A stretch of 64,000 bases of DNA from an uncultured Chloroflexia bacterium. GTDB lineage: Bacteria; Chloroflexota; Limnocylindria; Limnocylindrales; CSP1-4. The DNA lies in contig CAVRGP010000013.1 in NCBI GenBank assembly GCA_963720755.1, positions 160,001-224,000 of the forward strand, written 5' to 3'. Both the position numbers and the translations under genes were made by a program. Within the stretch, counting starts at the first letter, position 1. Each line of letters starts with the position of its first letter. The notes beneath the pieces were generated by a model. That model was not told where the DNA came from, made no database searches, and worked only from the letters and a program-made list of their open reading frames with translations. This document shows, in pieces, positions 1-9,916 of this stretch.

Positions 1-117
1 ACCGAGACATTCCTGCCGCGGCTCCGGGCCGCCGGCGTGTCGGACGCCGACATCGAGACGATGACCGTTGCGAACCCGAGGCGCATCCTGACCGTCGATC
101 GCTCGCCTGGCCCGTGA
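1..117 (+). CDS. C-terminal fragment of a phosphotriesterase (PTE/Php)-family amidohydrolase, truncated by the window start
   Basis: Frame 1 reads TETFLPRLRAAGVSDADIETMTVANPRRIL...*, matching the typical PTE-family C-terminus (FxPxL...G......I......NP.R.L). Confidence 0.7.
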   Translation, partial: TETFLPRLRAAGVSDADIETMTVANPRRILTVDRSPGP

Positions 118-123
118 TGTCGA

Positions 124-567
124 TCAGCTCTCCAGCGTTGCCTCGACGCTGAGCGCCACGTTGCCGGTCAGCGCGACGCTGATCGGGCAGCCGTCCTTGG
201 CCGCCTGCGCGGCCGCTTCGAAGTCGTCGGCTGACATCCCCGGCACGACACCACGGACGGTCAGGGCGCTCGAAACCACCCGCCAGCCGGCCTCGAGCTT
301 GTCGAACGTCACGGTAGCTGAGACATCGAGCCGGGCGGGCGGTGTTCCCGCTCGGGCGAGCGCCCCGGACAGGGACATCGAGTAGCACGACGCGTGGGCT
401 GCCGCGACCAGTTCCTCTGGGCTGGTCCGGCCATCAGCCGCTTCGGTGCGTGAGGCCCATGTCACCGGGAGTCCGGTGAATGCGCCGGACGACACGGCGG
501 ACACGACGCCGTTGCCCGTGGCCAGGGGGCCTGTCCAGGACACTTCGGCCCGTCGGATCGCTGCCAT
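124..567 (-). CDS. osmC: OsmC family peroxiredoxin
   Basis: W-x-G-x4-GxG N-terminus, SPEELVAAAHASCYSMSL and second Cys in GCPISVAL; AGGAGG RBS before the ATG at 567. Confidence 0.9.
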   Translation of the reverse strand: MAAIRRAEVSWTGPLATGNGVVSAVSSGAFTGLPVTWASRTEAADGRTSPEELVAAAHASCYSMSLSGALARAGTPPARLDVSATVTFDKLEAGWRVVSSALTVRGVVPGMSADDFEAAAQAAKDGCPISVALTGNVALSVEATLES

Positions 568-763
568 GGTCATCCTCCTGATCCCGGCTTGTCGATGATG
601 GTCCTGGGCCATGGTGGCACAACTTCGTCAAGACATGCGAAGATAGGCCCCGGTTGGTGTAGTCCAGTGCGTTGCGGAGCGGTCTGGACCGGGGGACTAA
701 CCGCTCTGGCCCTGTGACGGTCGGGTCATACCCTGCGAGGTCGCTGCCATCGACGATAACGCC

Positions 764-1606
764 ATGCCCAACGCCACCCGACGTCTCGGTCCCATCCTGC
801 TCGCTGGACTCCTGCTGGTCGTCATCGCGGGACCAGTGACCGCGGGTTCGACGGGGCTCCCGGGAACACCTGCCGCAAGCGCCCCGCTCAGCGGCGGGGT
901 CACTGCGACTTCACCGAGTGGGCTCCTGAATCGAACGAACGCCCGGCGCACATCGCGCGGTCTGGTCGTGCTGCGGAACGATTCCGATCTCGCCTCGATC
1001 GCCCGCGCTCGCGCCGCGGTCATGGCCCAGAACAACGTGATGAGCCACACGGAACCGGACGGCACGACCGTGTTCGACCGGATCCGGAATGCCGGGTTCA
1101 CCTGGTATGCGGCCGGCGAGGTCATCGGCTGGAACACCTACTCGACCCAGGCATCGTCCGTGAAGGCCGTGATCGACGCCTGGATGGCGTCATCGAGCCA
1201 CCGAGCCATCCTCGTGTCGAGCGGGTACAACTACGTCGGCTTCGGGATGGCCGTGTCGAGCAGCGGCCGGCGCTATTTCGCGGGCGTCTTCGCCAAGGAA
1301 CCCGACGAGACCGGCGCGCGGACCCATCTCCACAATCTCACCAAGCAGCGAGTGAGCACGACCAGCGTCCGAGTCAGGCTCGACTGGTCCGGGACCGACC
1401 CACGCCTCCAGGTCCTGACCTCCGGACTGGCCAAGTTCGAGGTCCAGCGACGCAAGATCGGTGGGACCTGGAAGACGTGGGGTACGACGACGGCGACCAG
1501 CAAGGCGGTGACCTGGTCGACGGCGCACGACCACCAGTTCCGAGTGCGCGCCCGCGACAAGCGGGGCAACTGGGGAGCGTGGAAGGTGATCCGGGTCAAT
1601 CTCTGA
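764..1606 (+). CDS. Secreted CAP/SCP-domain protein with a C-terminal fibronectin type III-like domain
   Basis: Signal peptide; CAP motifs MSHT, AGEVIGW, WMASSSHRAIL, YVGFG; C-terminal FRVRARDKRGNWGAW is FnIII-like. Confidence 0.85.
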   Translation: MPNATRRLGPILLAGLLLVVIAGPVTAGSTGLPGTPAASAPLSGGVTATSPSGLLNRTNARRTSRGLVVLRNDSDLASIARARAAVMAQNNVMSHTEPDGTTVFDRIRNAGFTWYAAGEVIGWNTYSTQASSVKAVIDAWMASSSHRAILVSSGYNYVGFGMAVSSSGRRYFAGVFAKEPDETGARTHLHNLTKQRVSTTSVRVRLDWSGTDPRLQVLTSGLAKFEVQRRKIGGTWKTWGTTTATSKAVTWSTAHDHQFRVRARDKRGNWGAWKVIRVNL

Positions 1607-1640
1607 CCCGGGCCGTGGCCCTGCCATCCGGACTGGCGGC

Positions 1641-1663
1641 GCATCCGATATAGTCTGGGATGC
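1641..1663 (+). promoter_or_regulatory. Inverted repeat GCATCC-N11-GGATGC overlapping a TATAGT -10 element; candidate MarR operator
   Basis: Palindrome seen directly upstream of the MarR gene; MarR regulators typically autoregulate through such sites. Confidence 0.5.
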
Positions 1664-1759
1664 CCGAACAGTACGGAGTCACCGAACATTCCACCCGATA
1701 CAAACCATTCGACCGAACCGTCGTCCGTCGAGGTCGTCGTCGAGGGCTACGAGCGGCTC

Positions 1760-2203
1760 ATGCATCGCCTCGTCGGCGGGCACGCGGCCGAATTCACCGA
1801 GCTGACGATCACGATGGCCCAGGCCAAGCTCGTGTACGTGGTCGTCGCGGGCGGTTCGCTGCACCTGGCCGAGCTGGCCGCCCGCCTCGGCATCGGATCC
1901 TCATCCGCCAGCGAACAGGTCGACCGACTGGTCGACCTGGACCTGCTCCGGCGGGTGGATGATCCGGCTGATCGGCGCCAGGTCGTGGTGACCGCGACGC
2001 CGCAGGCGGAGGAGATGCTCGAGCGGTTCCGCGAACTCAATCAGCGCCAACTCCGCGAGCTGCTGGCCCACCTCGACCGCGACGAATTGCGCGTGGTCGC
2101 CAACTCCATCGAGATCTTCGGTTTGGCGATCGATCGCCGGACCGGCACCAATGAACGCGCCGGCGGCGACCCCGACGGCCCGCAGGGAGACATCCGACCG
2201 TGA
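1760..2203 (+). CDS. MarR family transcriptional regulator (true start probably upstream, see findings)
   Basis: ELAARLGIGSSSASEQVDRLVDLDLLRRVDDPADRR winged-helix motif; overlaps the RND gene start (GTGA). Confidence 0.9.
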   Translation: MHRLVGGHAAEFTELTITMAQAKLVYVVVAGGSLHLAELAARLGIGSSSASEQVDRLVDLDLLRRVDDPADRRQVVVTATPQAEEMLERFRELNQRQLRELLAHLDRDELRVVANSIEIFGLAIDRRTGTNERAGGDPDGPQGDIRP

Positions 2204-5200
2204 GTCGCCTCAGTCGATACGCCGTGAGCAAGCGCAGCGTGACCCTCCTGTTCGCGATGGCGCTGTTCGTCGCCGGGATCTCCTCGTGGGGGAGCCTGAA
2301 GCAGGAACTCCTGCCGGATATCGCCTTCCCGGTATTCACGATCGTCGCACCGTATCCCGGCGCAGGTTCCTCCGATGTCGCCCAGCAGGTGACCCTGCCG
2401 ATCGAGCGTGCGGTCGGGTCCGTCCCGCGCCTCGAGACCATCCAATCGACGTCCTCGAACTCGATCTCGCTGGTCGTGACCCAGTTCACCTACGGCACCG
2501 ACGTGAAGGCCACGACATCCGCCATCGAAGACGCCCTGGCGAAGGCGACCCTGCCCGATTCGGTCAGCCCGACGGTGCAGGCCCTGGACATCAACGCATC
2601 GCCGGTGGTGATCTCATCGATCGCGTCAACCGGCGCGGGCAGCCTCGATGATGTCGCGACGATCGCCCGTCGTGAGATCGTCCCGGAAGTCGCCTCGATC
2701 GAGGGTGTCGCCCGTGCCGACCTGACCGGAGGCCTCGAGACCAGGCTTGCCGTCACCCTCGATCCCGAGAAGCTGGCGGCCGCCGGGATCTCGAGCCAGC
2801 AGGTGGTCGGGGTCCTCAGCGCCAACAACCTGACCCTTCCGTCGGGCCAGCTCCCGGCCGACGGCTCGAAGATCCCGGTGTCCACGATCGGCCGGCTGAC
2901 TTCGGCGGATGACGTTTCGGGTCTGGTCGTGGGCTACGCCGGGACCCCGCCGGCGGCGAAGCCGGTCACGATCGGCGACCTGGGGACGGTGGAGCTGGAT
3001 GCCGTGGCGACGACCGGCTACGGACGAACGAATGCCCAGCCGGCGCTGACCCTGACGGTCTCGAAGACCTCGGACGCCAACACGGTCGAGGTCGCCGACG
3101 CGGTCCAGGCCAAGCTTGAGGAGGTCGCGGCTCGGCACAGCGACGTCCTCACCATCACGACCGTCCAGGACCTGTCCGTGTTCATCAAGGAGTCCCGCGA
3201 CGGCCTGCTCCGCGAGGGCGGTCTCGGCGCGGTCTTCGCCATCCTCACGATCTTCCTGTTCCTGTTCAGCATCCGCGCCACGGTCGTGGCGGCGATCAGC
3301 ATCCCGCTGTCGATCCTGACCGCCCTGGTGGTCATGCAGTTGACCGGGGTGACGATCAACATCATGACCCTCGGCGGGCTCGCGGTCGCGGTCGGAAGGG
3401 TGGTCGACGACGCGATCGTCGTCCTCGAAAACATCTATCGTCACAGATCGCTCGGTGAGGACCGACTGACGGCCTCCATCAACGGGCCCCGGGAGGTCGC
3501 CGGGGCGATCACCGCGAGCACCCTGACGACGGTGGCCGTGTTCCTGCCGCTCGGGTTCGTCGGCGGGCTGGTCTCGCAATTCTTCCTGCCGTTCGCCCTG
3601 ACCGTCACCTTCGCCCTGCTGGCCTCGCTGGTCTGCGCCCTGACCGTCGTGCCCGTCCTCGCCTACCTCCTCGTCCGCAACGTCGGCGCGGACGTCGACG
3701 AGACCGGCGAACCGCGACGTTCCATCTGGGTCCACCTGTACACGCCGATCATCCAGTTCGTCCTGCGCGGTCGTTGGACGAAGCTCGCCGTTGTCGCGGT
3801 CGCGGCCGCCTTGTTCCTCGTCTCGGCCTCGCTCGCACCGCTCCTGCCGACCCAGTTCATCAATGCTGGGTCCGAGAAGACGATCATCGTGTCCGTGTCA
3901 CCGCCGACCGGAGCGACATCGGCCGCGGTCCTCGCCAGGTCGATCGAGGTCGAGACCGTCCTGCTTGCCGACCCCGATGTCCAACTCGTCCAGACGAGCA
4001 TCCCGGGTGAGGGTGACACCAGCTCGCAGGCTTTCCTGTCCGCCCAGCAGGGTCGGGCCAGCAACAGCGCGACGATGACGGTCCGGCTGAACGAGGACGC
4101 GGATCTGGCGGCAGCGACCACCCGACTCGCCGCGGCCATGGAACCGCTGAAGACCGACGGGTACGACGTCACGGTGTCATCGGGTGGCGGGTTCACCTCG
4201 AACGGCCTGCGTGTCGTCGTGACCGGCCAGTCGCCGGCAGATGTCGCCCAGGCGACCGATGCGGTCCTCACCGGCCTCGTCGACCAGCCGGATCTGGCGA
4301 ACCTCCAGAGCGACCTGGTCAAGGCCACGCCGGAGGTCCAGGTCACCGTCGACCCGAACAAGGCGATCACCGTCGGCCTGACGGCCGCCCAGGTCGCGAA
4401 CCAGGTCCGGGCGGCGCTCGTTGCCCAGACCGCAACGAGCATCCAGTCGCCCGATGGCCAGACGGTGGCGGTCGTCGTCCAGCTCGATCCGTCCGCGGTC
4501 GCGACCGTCGGCGAGCTCAGTGCGCTGCCGGTCGGGACCGTCTCGACCGTGCCTCTCGGCGCGATCTCCACGATCGAGCAGGTCGATGTCCAGGGCAGCA
4601 TCACCCGGATCGACCAGCAGCCGGCCGCGTCGATCACGGCAGAGATCACGAGCGACGACACCGGCGCGGTGTCGGCCTCCGTGCAGACGGAACTGGATGC
4701 GCTGGCTGAAGCCGGATCGTTCCCACCCGGCACGACCGCGGAACTGGCGGGCGTCAGCCAGCAGCAGACCGAGGCGTTCAGCGGCTTGTTCGCCTCGATG
4801 GGCGTCGCGATCCTGCTGGTCTACGTGATGATGGTCCTCACCTTCGATTCGCTGGTGACCCCGTTCGTCATCCTGTTCACCCTGCCACTGGCCACCATCG
4901 GGGCCTTCCCGGCCTTGCTCCTCACCGGACGACCGATCGGCGTCAGCGCCCTGATCGGCTTCCTGATGTTGATCGGGATCGTGGTGACCAACGCCATCGT
5001 CCTGCTCGACCTGGTCGAACGGTTGCGGCGTGAGGGTCACTCCACCCATGACGCCCTGGTCGAGGGTGGCCGTACCCGTGTTCGGCCGATCCTGATGACG
5101 GCATTCGCGACGATCCTCGCGCTGATCCCGCTCGCGGCCGGGTTCAACCAGGGATCGATCATCGCGGCTGAGCTCGGGACCGTGGTCATCGGTGGGCTGT

Positions 5201-5328
5201 TCAGCTCGACCGCACTGACCCTGGTCGTCATCCCGGTCGTGTACTCGCTCATGGAGAGCCTGAAGACTCGGGTCGGGCGTCGGTTCGGGATGCAGGCACC
5301 GAACGAGATGGCCAGCGCCGTCGAGTAG
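2200..5328 (+). CDS. RND efflux transporter permease (AcrB/SwrC-like)
   Basis: 1042 aa; GRVVDDAIVVLENIYR proton-relay motif, IGIVVTNAIVLLD, RVRPILMT; two-fold RND architecture. Confidence 0.95.
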   Translation: MSRLSRYAVSKRSVTLLFAMALFVAGISSWGSLKQELLPDIAFPVFTIVAPYPGAGSSDVAQQVTLPIERAVGSVPRLETIQSTSSNSISLVVTQFTYGTDVKATTSAIEDALAKATLPDSVSPTVQALDINASPVVISSIASTGAGSLDDVATIARREIVPEVASIEGVARADLTGGLETRLAVTLDPEKLAAAGISSQQVVGVLSANNLTLPSGQLPADGSKIPVSTIGRLTSADDVSGLVVGYAGTPPAAKPVTIGDLGTVELDAVATTGYGRTNAQPALTLTVSKTSDANTVEVADAVQAKLEEVAARHSDVLTITTVQDLSVFIKESRDGLLREGGLGAVFAILTIFLFLFSIRATVVAAISIPLSILTALVVMQLTGVTINIMTLGGLAVAVGRVVDDAIVVLENIYRHRSLGEDRLTASINGPREVAGAITASTLTTVAVFLPLGFVGGLVSQFFLPFALTVTFALLASLVCALTVVPVLAYLLVRNVGADVDETGEPRRSIWVHLYTPIIQFVLRGRWTKLAVVAVAAALFLVSASLAPLLPTQFINAGSEKTIIVSVSPPTGATSAAVLARSIEVETVLLADPDVQLVQTSIPGEGDTSSQAFLSAQQGRASNSATMTVRLNEDADLAAATTRLAAAMEPLKTDGYDVTVSSGGGFTSNGLRVVVTGQSPADVAQATDAVLTGLVDQPDLANLQSDLVKATPEVQVTVDPNKAITVGLTAAQVANQVRAALVAQTATSIQSPDGQTVAVVVQLDPSAVATVGELSALPVGTVSTVPLGAISTIEQVDVQGSITRIDQQPAASITAEITSDDTGAVSASVQTELDALAEAGSFPPGTTAELAGVSQQQTEAFSGLFASMGVAILLVYVMMVLTFDSLVTPFVILFTLPLATIGAFPALLLTGRPIGVSALIGFLMLIGIVVTNAIVLLDLVERLRREGHSTHDALVEGGRTRVRPILMTAFATILALIPLAAGFNQGSIIAAELGTVVIGGLFSSTALTLVVIPVVYSLMESLKTRVGRRFGMQAPNEMASAVE

Positions 5329-5375
5329 ACTCTGAGCGGCGCCGAGCCGCGCGCCGGAGGAGGACCGACCCGGCG

Positions 5376-7541
5376 ATGACCGAGAGCATCCCCGCGACCC
5401 CGCCCGGGTCGAGCCTGGTGCCAGGCTGGCTGCAGCGCCTGGCCGCCTACGGCTGGCGGATCCTGGCGACGATCGCCCTGGCCCTCGTCGCCCTGGCCAT
5501 CCTGGCGACGATCTCGACCGTCTCGATCTCCATCCTGGTCGCGGCCATCGTGGCCGCCACGTTCGCCCCATTCATCCTGAGGCTCCGGGATCGGGGATGG
5601 TCGAGGATCAAGGCGGCGGCGGCGGTCTTCGTCGGGGCCGGCGTAGTGATCATCGCGGCGTTCGTCGCGATCGCACTCGCGTTCGTTCCATACGCCTCCG
5701 CCGTCGTCAGCAACATCACCGCCGGGCTGGACGCATTGCGGACGGAACTGGCCAACCTCGACCTGCCGCCCGAGGTGGGGATGGCGATCAGCGCCGCGAC
5801 GCAGGACCTCCAGGCATGGGTCTCAGATGCCATGTCCGGCATCGTGGGCGATGTCGCGAACCTGGCCACCATCGGCATCCTGGCCACCTTCCTGACCTTC
5901 TTCTTCATGATGGATGGCGACAAGGCGTGGCTCTGGGTCCTGTCGGCCGCGAATGCGTGGCGGCGGGACGCGATCACATCCGCCGGTGATGTCGCCCTTG
6001 CCCGGGTCGGCGGGTACTTGCGCGGGACCGCGGTCCTGGCGGCCATCGCCGGCCTCAGTCAGGGAGCCTTCCTGGTCCTTCTCGGTGTGCCGTTCGCCGG
6101 CCCGCTGGCGGTCCTCGTCTTCCTGGGCCGGTTCATCCCGTATCTCGGGGGACTGGTGACGACCGTCGTGTTGTTGCTGGTGACGCTCGCCACCGCCGGC
6201 TCCGGTCCGGCGTTGGTCCTGCTTGCGCTCATCGCGATCCTCGACGTCATCCTGGGCAAGTTCGTGGCCCCGGTGGTGTACAGCCGAACCGTCCACATCC
6301 ACCCCGCGCTCGTCCTCGTGGCGCTCCCTGCCGGCGCGGCGGTGGCCGGGACGATCGGGCTGTTCGCGGCCATCCCGTTCGTCGCATTCGTGATGGCGAT
6401 CGTCGGCTCCGTCGTGGACGTCCTCGGCGTCGAGCCGTCGACCGAAGGATCGGACGATCTCCTCGTCCCGCTGTGGCTGGACCGTCTCGGTCAGTGGAGT
6501 TGGCGGCTCCTCGTGGTTGCCGGGCTGTTCACCGTGCTCATCGCGGCGATGATCCAGGTCCCCATCGTCGTCTACCCGGTCGTACTCGGGATCGTCGTCG
6601 CGTCCACGCTCCTCCCGTTGGGCGCCCGTTTCGAGGCTCTCGGCTGGAGTCACGCCCGTGCAGCACTGGCGGCGACCCTGGGCATGGTCGTCGGTGTCAC
6701 CGTCATCGTCGGGTTGACGGTCGTATCCCTCATCGGTGCGGCCAGCCAGATGACCGGCACCGGTGTCTCCGGGGCGGAGTCAGCGAACGACGGCCTCGGC
6801 GGCGCGCTCGGTGCTGGGGTGAGTCTTGTCCAGGCCTTCGGGAGCGGGATCCTGGTCACGATCTCGAGCGTCGCCTCCGCCCTCGGCGGGCTGGCGGTGA
6901 TCCTGCTCCTCTCGACCCTGCTGACGTTCTACTTCATGCGCGACGGCGATCGAGCCTGGCGCGCCTTCCTCGACCGCATCGAGCCCGGGCGCCGGTCGCA
7001 CGTCGAGGCCGCTGGTAGCCGGGCGGTCGGCGTCCTCGGCGGGTACATGATCGGGACCGGAGCGATCTCGATCTTCGGGGCGGCGACGCAGTTCCTGATC
7101 ATGACCATCCTCGGCATCCCACTCGCGCTGCCGCTGGCCATCCTCGCCGTCTTCGGCGGCTTCATCCCCTATATCGGGTCCATCGTCACGACCGGCCTCG
7201 CATTCCTCGTCACCGTCGCGACCGGCACGCCGCAGGACATCGCGATCATGGGTGTGTTCACGATCGTCTTCAACATCGTGCAGGGCAATTTCGTGGCGCC
7301 GATCGTGTACAGCCGTGTCGTCAGCCTGCACCCGGCGGTCGTCCTGGCAGCCATCCCTGCCGGCAGCGAGATCGCGGGTGTCGCCGGGATGTTCCTGGTC
7401 GTCCCGTTCCTCGGCGTGGTCGCAACGGTCTGGAGAACGCTCCTCGTGGCCCTCGATCCGGAGCCGGTCGGGCCCACCACAGCGGGCGCGGCCAGCGACG
7501 TCGGGGCGGAGCACCCGACACCGGCGGTCGCCTCGGGCTGA
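5376..7541 (+). CDS. AI-2E family transporter with two tandem AI-2E domains
   Basis: Repeated motifs FFFMMDGD/FYFMRDGD, FIPYLGG/FIPYIGS and PVVYSRTVHIHP/PIVYSRVVSLHP; GGAGG RBS. Confidence 0.9.
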   Translation: MTESIPATPPGSSLVPGWLQRLAAYGWRILATIALALVALAILATISTVSISILVAAIVAATFAPFILRLRDRGWSRIKAAAAVFVGAGVVIIAAFVAIALAFVPYASAVVSNITAGLDALRTELANLDLPPEVGMAISAATQDLQAWVSDAMSGIVGDVANLATIGILATFLTFFFMMDGDKAWLWVLSAANAWRRDAITSAGDVALARVGGYLRGTAVLAAIAGLSQGAFLVLLGVPFAGPLAVLVFLGRFIPYLGGLVTTVVLLLVTLATAGSGPALVLLALIAILDVILGKFVAPVVYSRTVHIHPALVLVALPAGAAVAGTIGLFAAIPFVAFVMAIVGSVVDVLGVEPSTEGSDDLLVPLWLDRLGQWSWRLLVVAGLFTVLIAAMIQVPIVVYPVVLGIVVASTLLPLGARFEALGWSHARAALAATLGMVVGVTVIVGLTVVSLIGAASQMTGTGVSGAESANDGLGGALGAGVSLVQAFGSGILVTISSVASALGGLAVILLLSTLLTFYFMRDGDRAWRAFLDRIEPGRRSHVEAAGSRAVGVLGGYMIGTGAISIFGAATQFLIMTILGIPLALPLAILAVFGGFIPYIGSIVTTGLAFLVTVATGTPQDIAIMGVFTIVFNIVQGNFVAPIVYSRVVSLHPAVVLAAIPAGSEIAGVAGMFLVVPFLGVVATVWRTLLVALDPEPVGPTTAGAASDVGAEHPTPAVASG

Positions 7542-7629
7542 GCGGCCCCGCTGCGCGTATAGTTGGGGCTGAACCATGCACGTGCGTCGGGCGACGACGA
7601 TCGTCGCTGGCCCACCCAGGGAGGAATCG

Positions 7630-8067
7630 ATGACACTCGGTCCACTCGAATACACCGTCCTCGGGTTCGAGGGCAATCGGTTCAACGGCGAGATCGCGAA
7701 GGAGATCGAGAAGGTCGTCGAGGCCGGCATCATCCGCCTCGTCGACGTCGTCTTCGTCACCAAGGACATCGATGGCGATGTCGCCGTCGTGGAACTCGAC
7801 AACAAGGAAGATGAGCGGTTCGCCAGCTTCACCGGGATGATGGACGGGCTGATGGGCCTCCTGACCCCGGACGACATCGAGAAGCTGGCCGACGGACTGC
7901 CGACCAACACGTCTGCCCTCATCCTCCTGTTCGAGCACCACTGGGCGGTCGGGATCAAGGACGCGATCGCCGGTGCCGGCGGCTTCCTCATCAGCCGGGA
8001 CACGATCCCGCCGGAAGCCCTCGAGATGGTGAACGCCGAGCTCGAAGCAGCAGCGATCTCGGCCTGA
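7630..8067 (+). CDS. DUF6325 (DUF1269-like) family protein
   Basis: GPLEYTVLGFEGNRFNGEI...GIIRLVDVVFVTKDIDG...SALILLFEHHWA signature; GAGGA RBS. Confidence 0.8.
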   Translation: MTLGPLEYTVLGFEGNRFNGEIAKEIEKVVEAGIIRLVDVVFVTKDIDGDVAVVELDNKEDERFASFTGMMDGLMGLLTPDDIEKLADGLPTNTSALILLFEHHWAVGIKDAIAGAGGFLISRDTIPPEALEMVNAELEAAAISA

Positions 8068-8098
8068 CGGCCGAACCAGAAAGGAACAGGAAGACATC

Positions 8099-8437
8099 AT
8101 GCGACGACGACGAGGCCCGGGCCTCCTGATGACTGCGGCCGTGGTGGGCACAGCCGCTCACGTGGGTGCATCGAGCGCGAACAAGAGCGCCCAGGCGCAG
8201 GCCAACGAACAGTCCCAGAACCAGCAGCTGGCCGACCTTGAGGCCCAGAACGCGGCCCTGCAGCAGCAGATGGCCCAGCAGCCGACCTATGCGGCGCCCG
8301 CGCCGGCTGCGGCCCCGGCAGCCGCTCCGGTCGATCCGACGACGGCTGCCCTGCAGAACCTGGCGAACCTCCACGCTCAGGGCATCCTGAGTGACGAGGA
8401 ATTCGCAGCTGCCAAGGCGAAGGCCCTCGGGATCTAG
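8099..8437 (+). CDS. SHOCT domain-containing protein
   Basis: GLLMTAAVVGTA N-terminus, Q/A/P-rich linker, C-terminal LHAQGILSDEEFAAAKAKAL SHOCT motif. Confidence 0.9.
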   Translation: MRRRRGPGLLMTAAVVGTAAHVGASSANKSAQAQANEQSQNQQLADLEAQNAALQQQMAQQPTYAAPAPAAAPAAAPVDPTTAALQNLANLHAQGILSDEEFAAAKAKALGI

Positions 8438-8474
8438 GCCCCCGCGCCACGACGGTGGCGCGTTCAGAGAACGT

Positions 8475-8503
8475 CGTGCGTCAGGCCTCGTGCCTGGCGC
8501 ACG
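8475..8503. terminator. Hairpin between convergent SHOCT and PLD genes
   Basis: CGTGCGTCAGGC-ctcgt-GCCTGGCGCACG 12-bp stem with one G-U pair; no long U-tract. Confidence 0.5.
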
Positions 8504-8527
8504 TTCATATTCGGGTGCGTCGCCTCG

Positions 8528-9862
8528 CTAGAGCAGGCGCGAGACGCGATCCATCGCGGCGTTCCAGGCGCGGTCTTTCGTCCCGGTCGGTGCCACGGCG
8601 GGCGTCGACATGGCCACCAGCTCGTCGAAGATGGTGCGCTCCGTGAGCTCGGCGATCGCGGGATCGTCGAACAGAAGGTCGAGCTCGTCGTTCCGGAAGA
8701 GCGACAGATCGTCCAGGTTGCAGCCGCCGATGAGGACCTGGTCGTCGATCCGGAGCACCTTCGCGTGGGCCATCTCCGGGTGGAGGAGGATCTCCGCGCC
8801 GGCATCGAGGAGCCGGCCGTACCAATGCCGGAAGGCTGCGGCCGGATAGGGCGGGGTCGGCTTGCCCGGCGCGACGAGGCGCACCCGGACCCCGCGCAAC
8901 GCCGCCTCGAGCAGGCGTTCGAGGATGGCCCGGTTCGAGATGTACGGGTTGACGATGTGGATCTCGCGAGCCGCGTCGTCGAGGGCCTGCTCGATCGTGT
9001 CGCTGATCGGATGGTGGCCGGTCCCGGGGACGTTCCACAGGACGGTCGTTGCGGCCTTGACCGGCGCGTCCGGTGCGACCACGAGGGTCTCCGGGGGGAA
9101 GTAGCGCAGGAGCGATGGGTCGGCCGGCGCCGATCCGTCGTTGTTCCGCCAACTCATCAGGAAGACGGCCGCAAGGTGCGCCACGATCGGCCCTTCCACC
9201 CGGCACATGACGTCGTAGAAGCGCTCGTCGTTGTAGTGGTCCTCGATCCCGCTTCCGCCGACATAGCCGACCCGACCATCGACCACGATCATCTTGCGAT
9301 GGTCGAAATGGAGCAGGTCCTCGGCATTGGGCTGGAAGGTCCGGGCACCGACTTCGCCCCGTCGAAGCACGACGACACCGTCGTGGGCCACGATCTCGAC
9401 ACCCGCCTCGCGGAGACGGCGGAACAGATCCTTGCTGCCGAGATCGACCTCGCTGCCGATCGCGTCGACGGCCAACCGGACCTCGACGCCTGCCTTGACC
9501 CGATCTGCCAGGGCGTCCAGGAACAGCTCGCCGATGTCACCGGGCTTGTAGCCGTAGATCAGCAGGTGGACGTGATCGGTCGCCGCGGCGATGTCCTCGA
9601 GGATCCGCGGGAAGTAGCGACGGCCGTGCAGGAGCGGGTCGACCGCCGTTGCGATGGCGGGCGCGAAGACCTTGGTCAGATCGGCCCTGCGGACGCGGGG
9701 CAGGGCGACCAGCTCCGCCGTCCTGGCGGCGGCCGTTTCCGGCCGGATGGCATCGGGATCGAATGGGTCGGTCGGGACGCGGGTCGCCCGCCGGCGGCTG
9801 AGCGCTGCGCCGGTCGTCGCGATCGCGGCGCCCAGCGCGAATGTTCGTCGCTTCTTGCTCAT
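8528..9862 (-). CDS. Phospholipase D superfamily protein (cardiolipin synthase-like)
   Basis: Two HKD motifs, DHRKMIVVDG and AHAKVLRIDD...GGCNLD; IVNPY motif. Confidence 0.9.
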   Translation of the reverse strand: MSKKRRTFALGAAIATTGAALSRRRATRVPTDPFDPDAIRPETAAARTAELVALPRVRRADLTKVFAPAIATAVDPLLHGRRYFPRILEDIAAATDHVHLLIYGYKPGDIGELFLDALADRVKAGVEVRLAVDAIGSEVDLGSKDLFRRLREAGVEIVAHDGVVVLRRGEVGARTFQPNAEDLLHFDHRKMIVVDGRVGYVGGSGIEDHYNDERFYDVMCRVEGPIVAHLAAVFLMSWRNNDGSAPADPSLLRYFPPETLVVAPDAPVKAATTVLWNVPGTGHHPISDTIEQALDDAAREIHIVNPYISNRAILERLLEAALRGVRVRLVAPGKPTPPYPAAAFRHWYGRLLDAGAEILLHPEMAHAKVLRIDDQVLIGGCNLDDLSLFRNDELDLLFDDPAIAELTERTIFDELVAMSTPAVAPTGTKDRAWNAAMDRVSRLL

Positions 9863-9916
9863 CGGATGGTGTGTCGCGGTCGCATTCGAGACCCCCTGGG
9901 TTTGCCGATCGGACCG

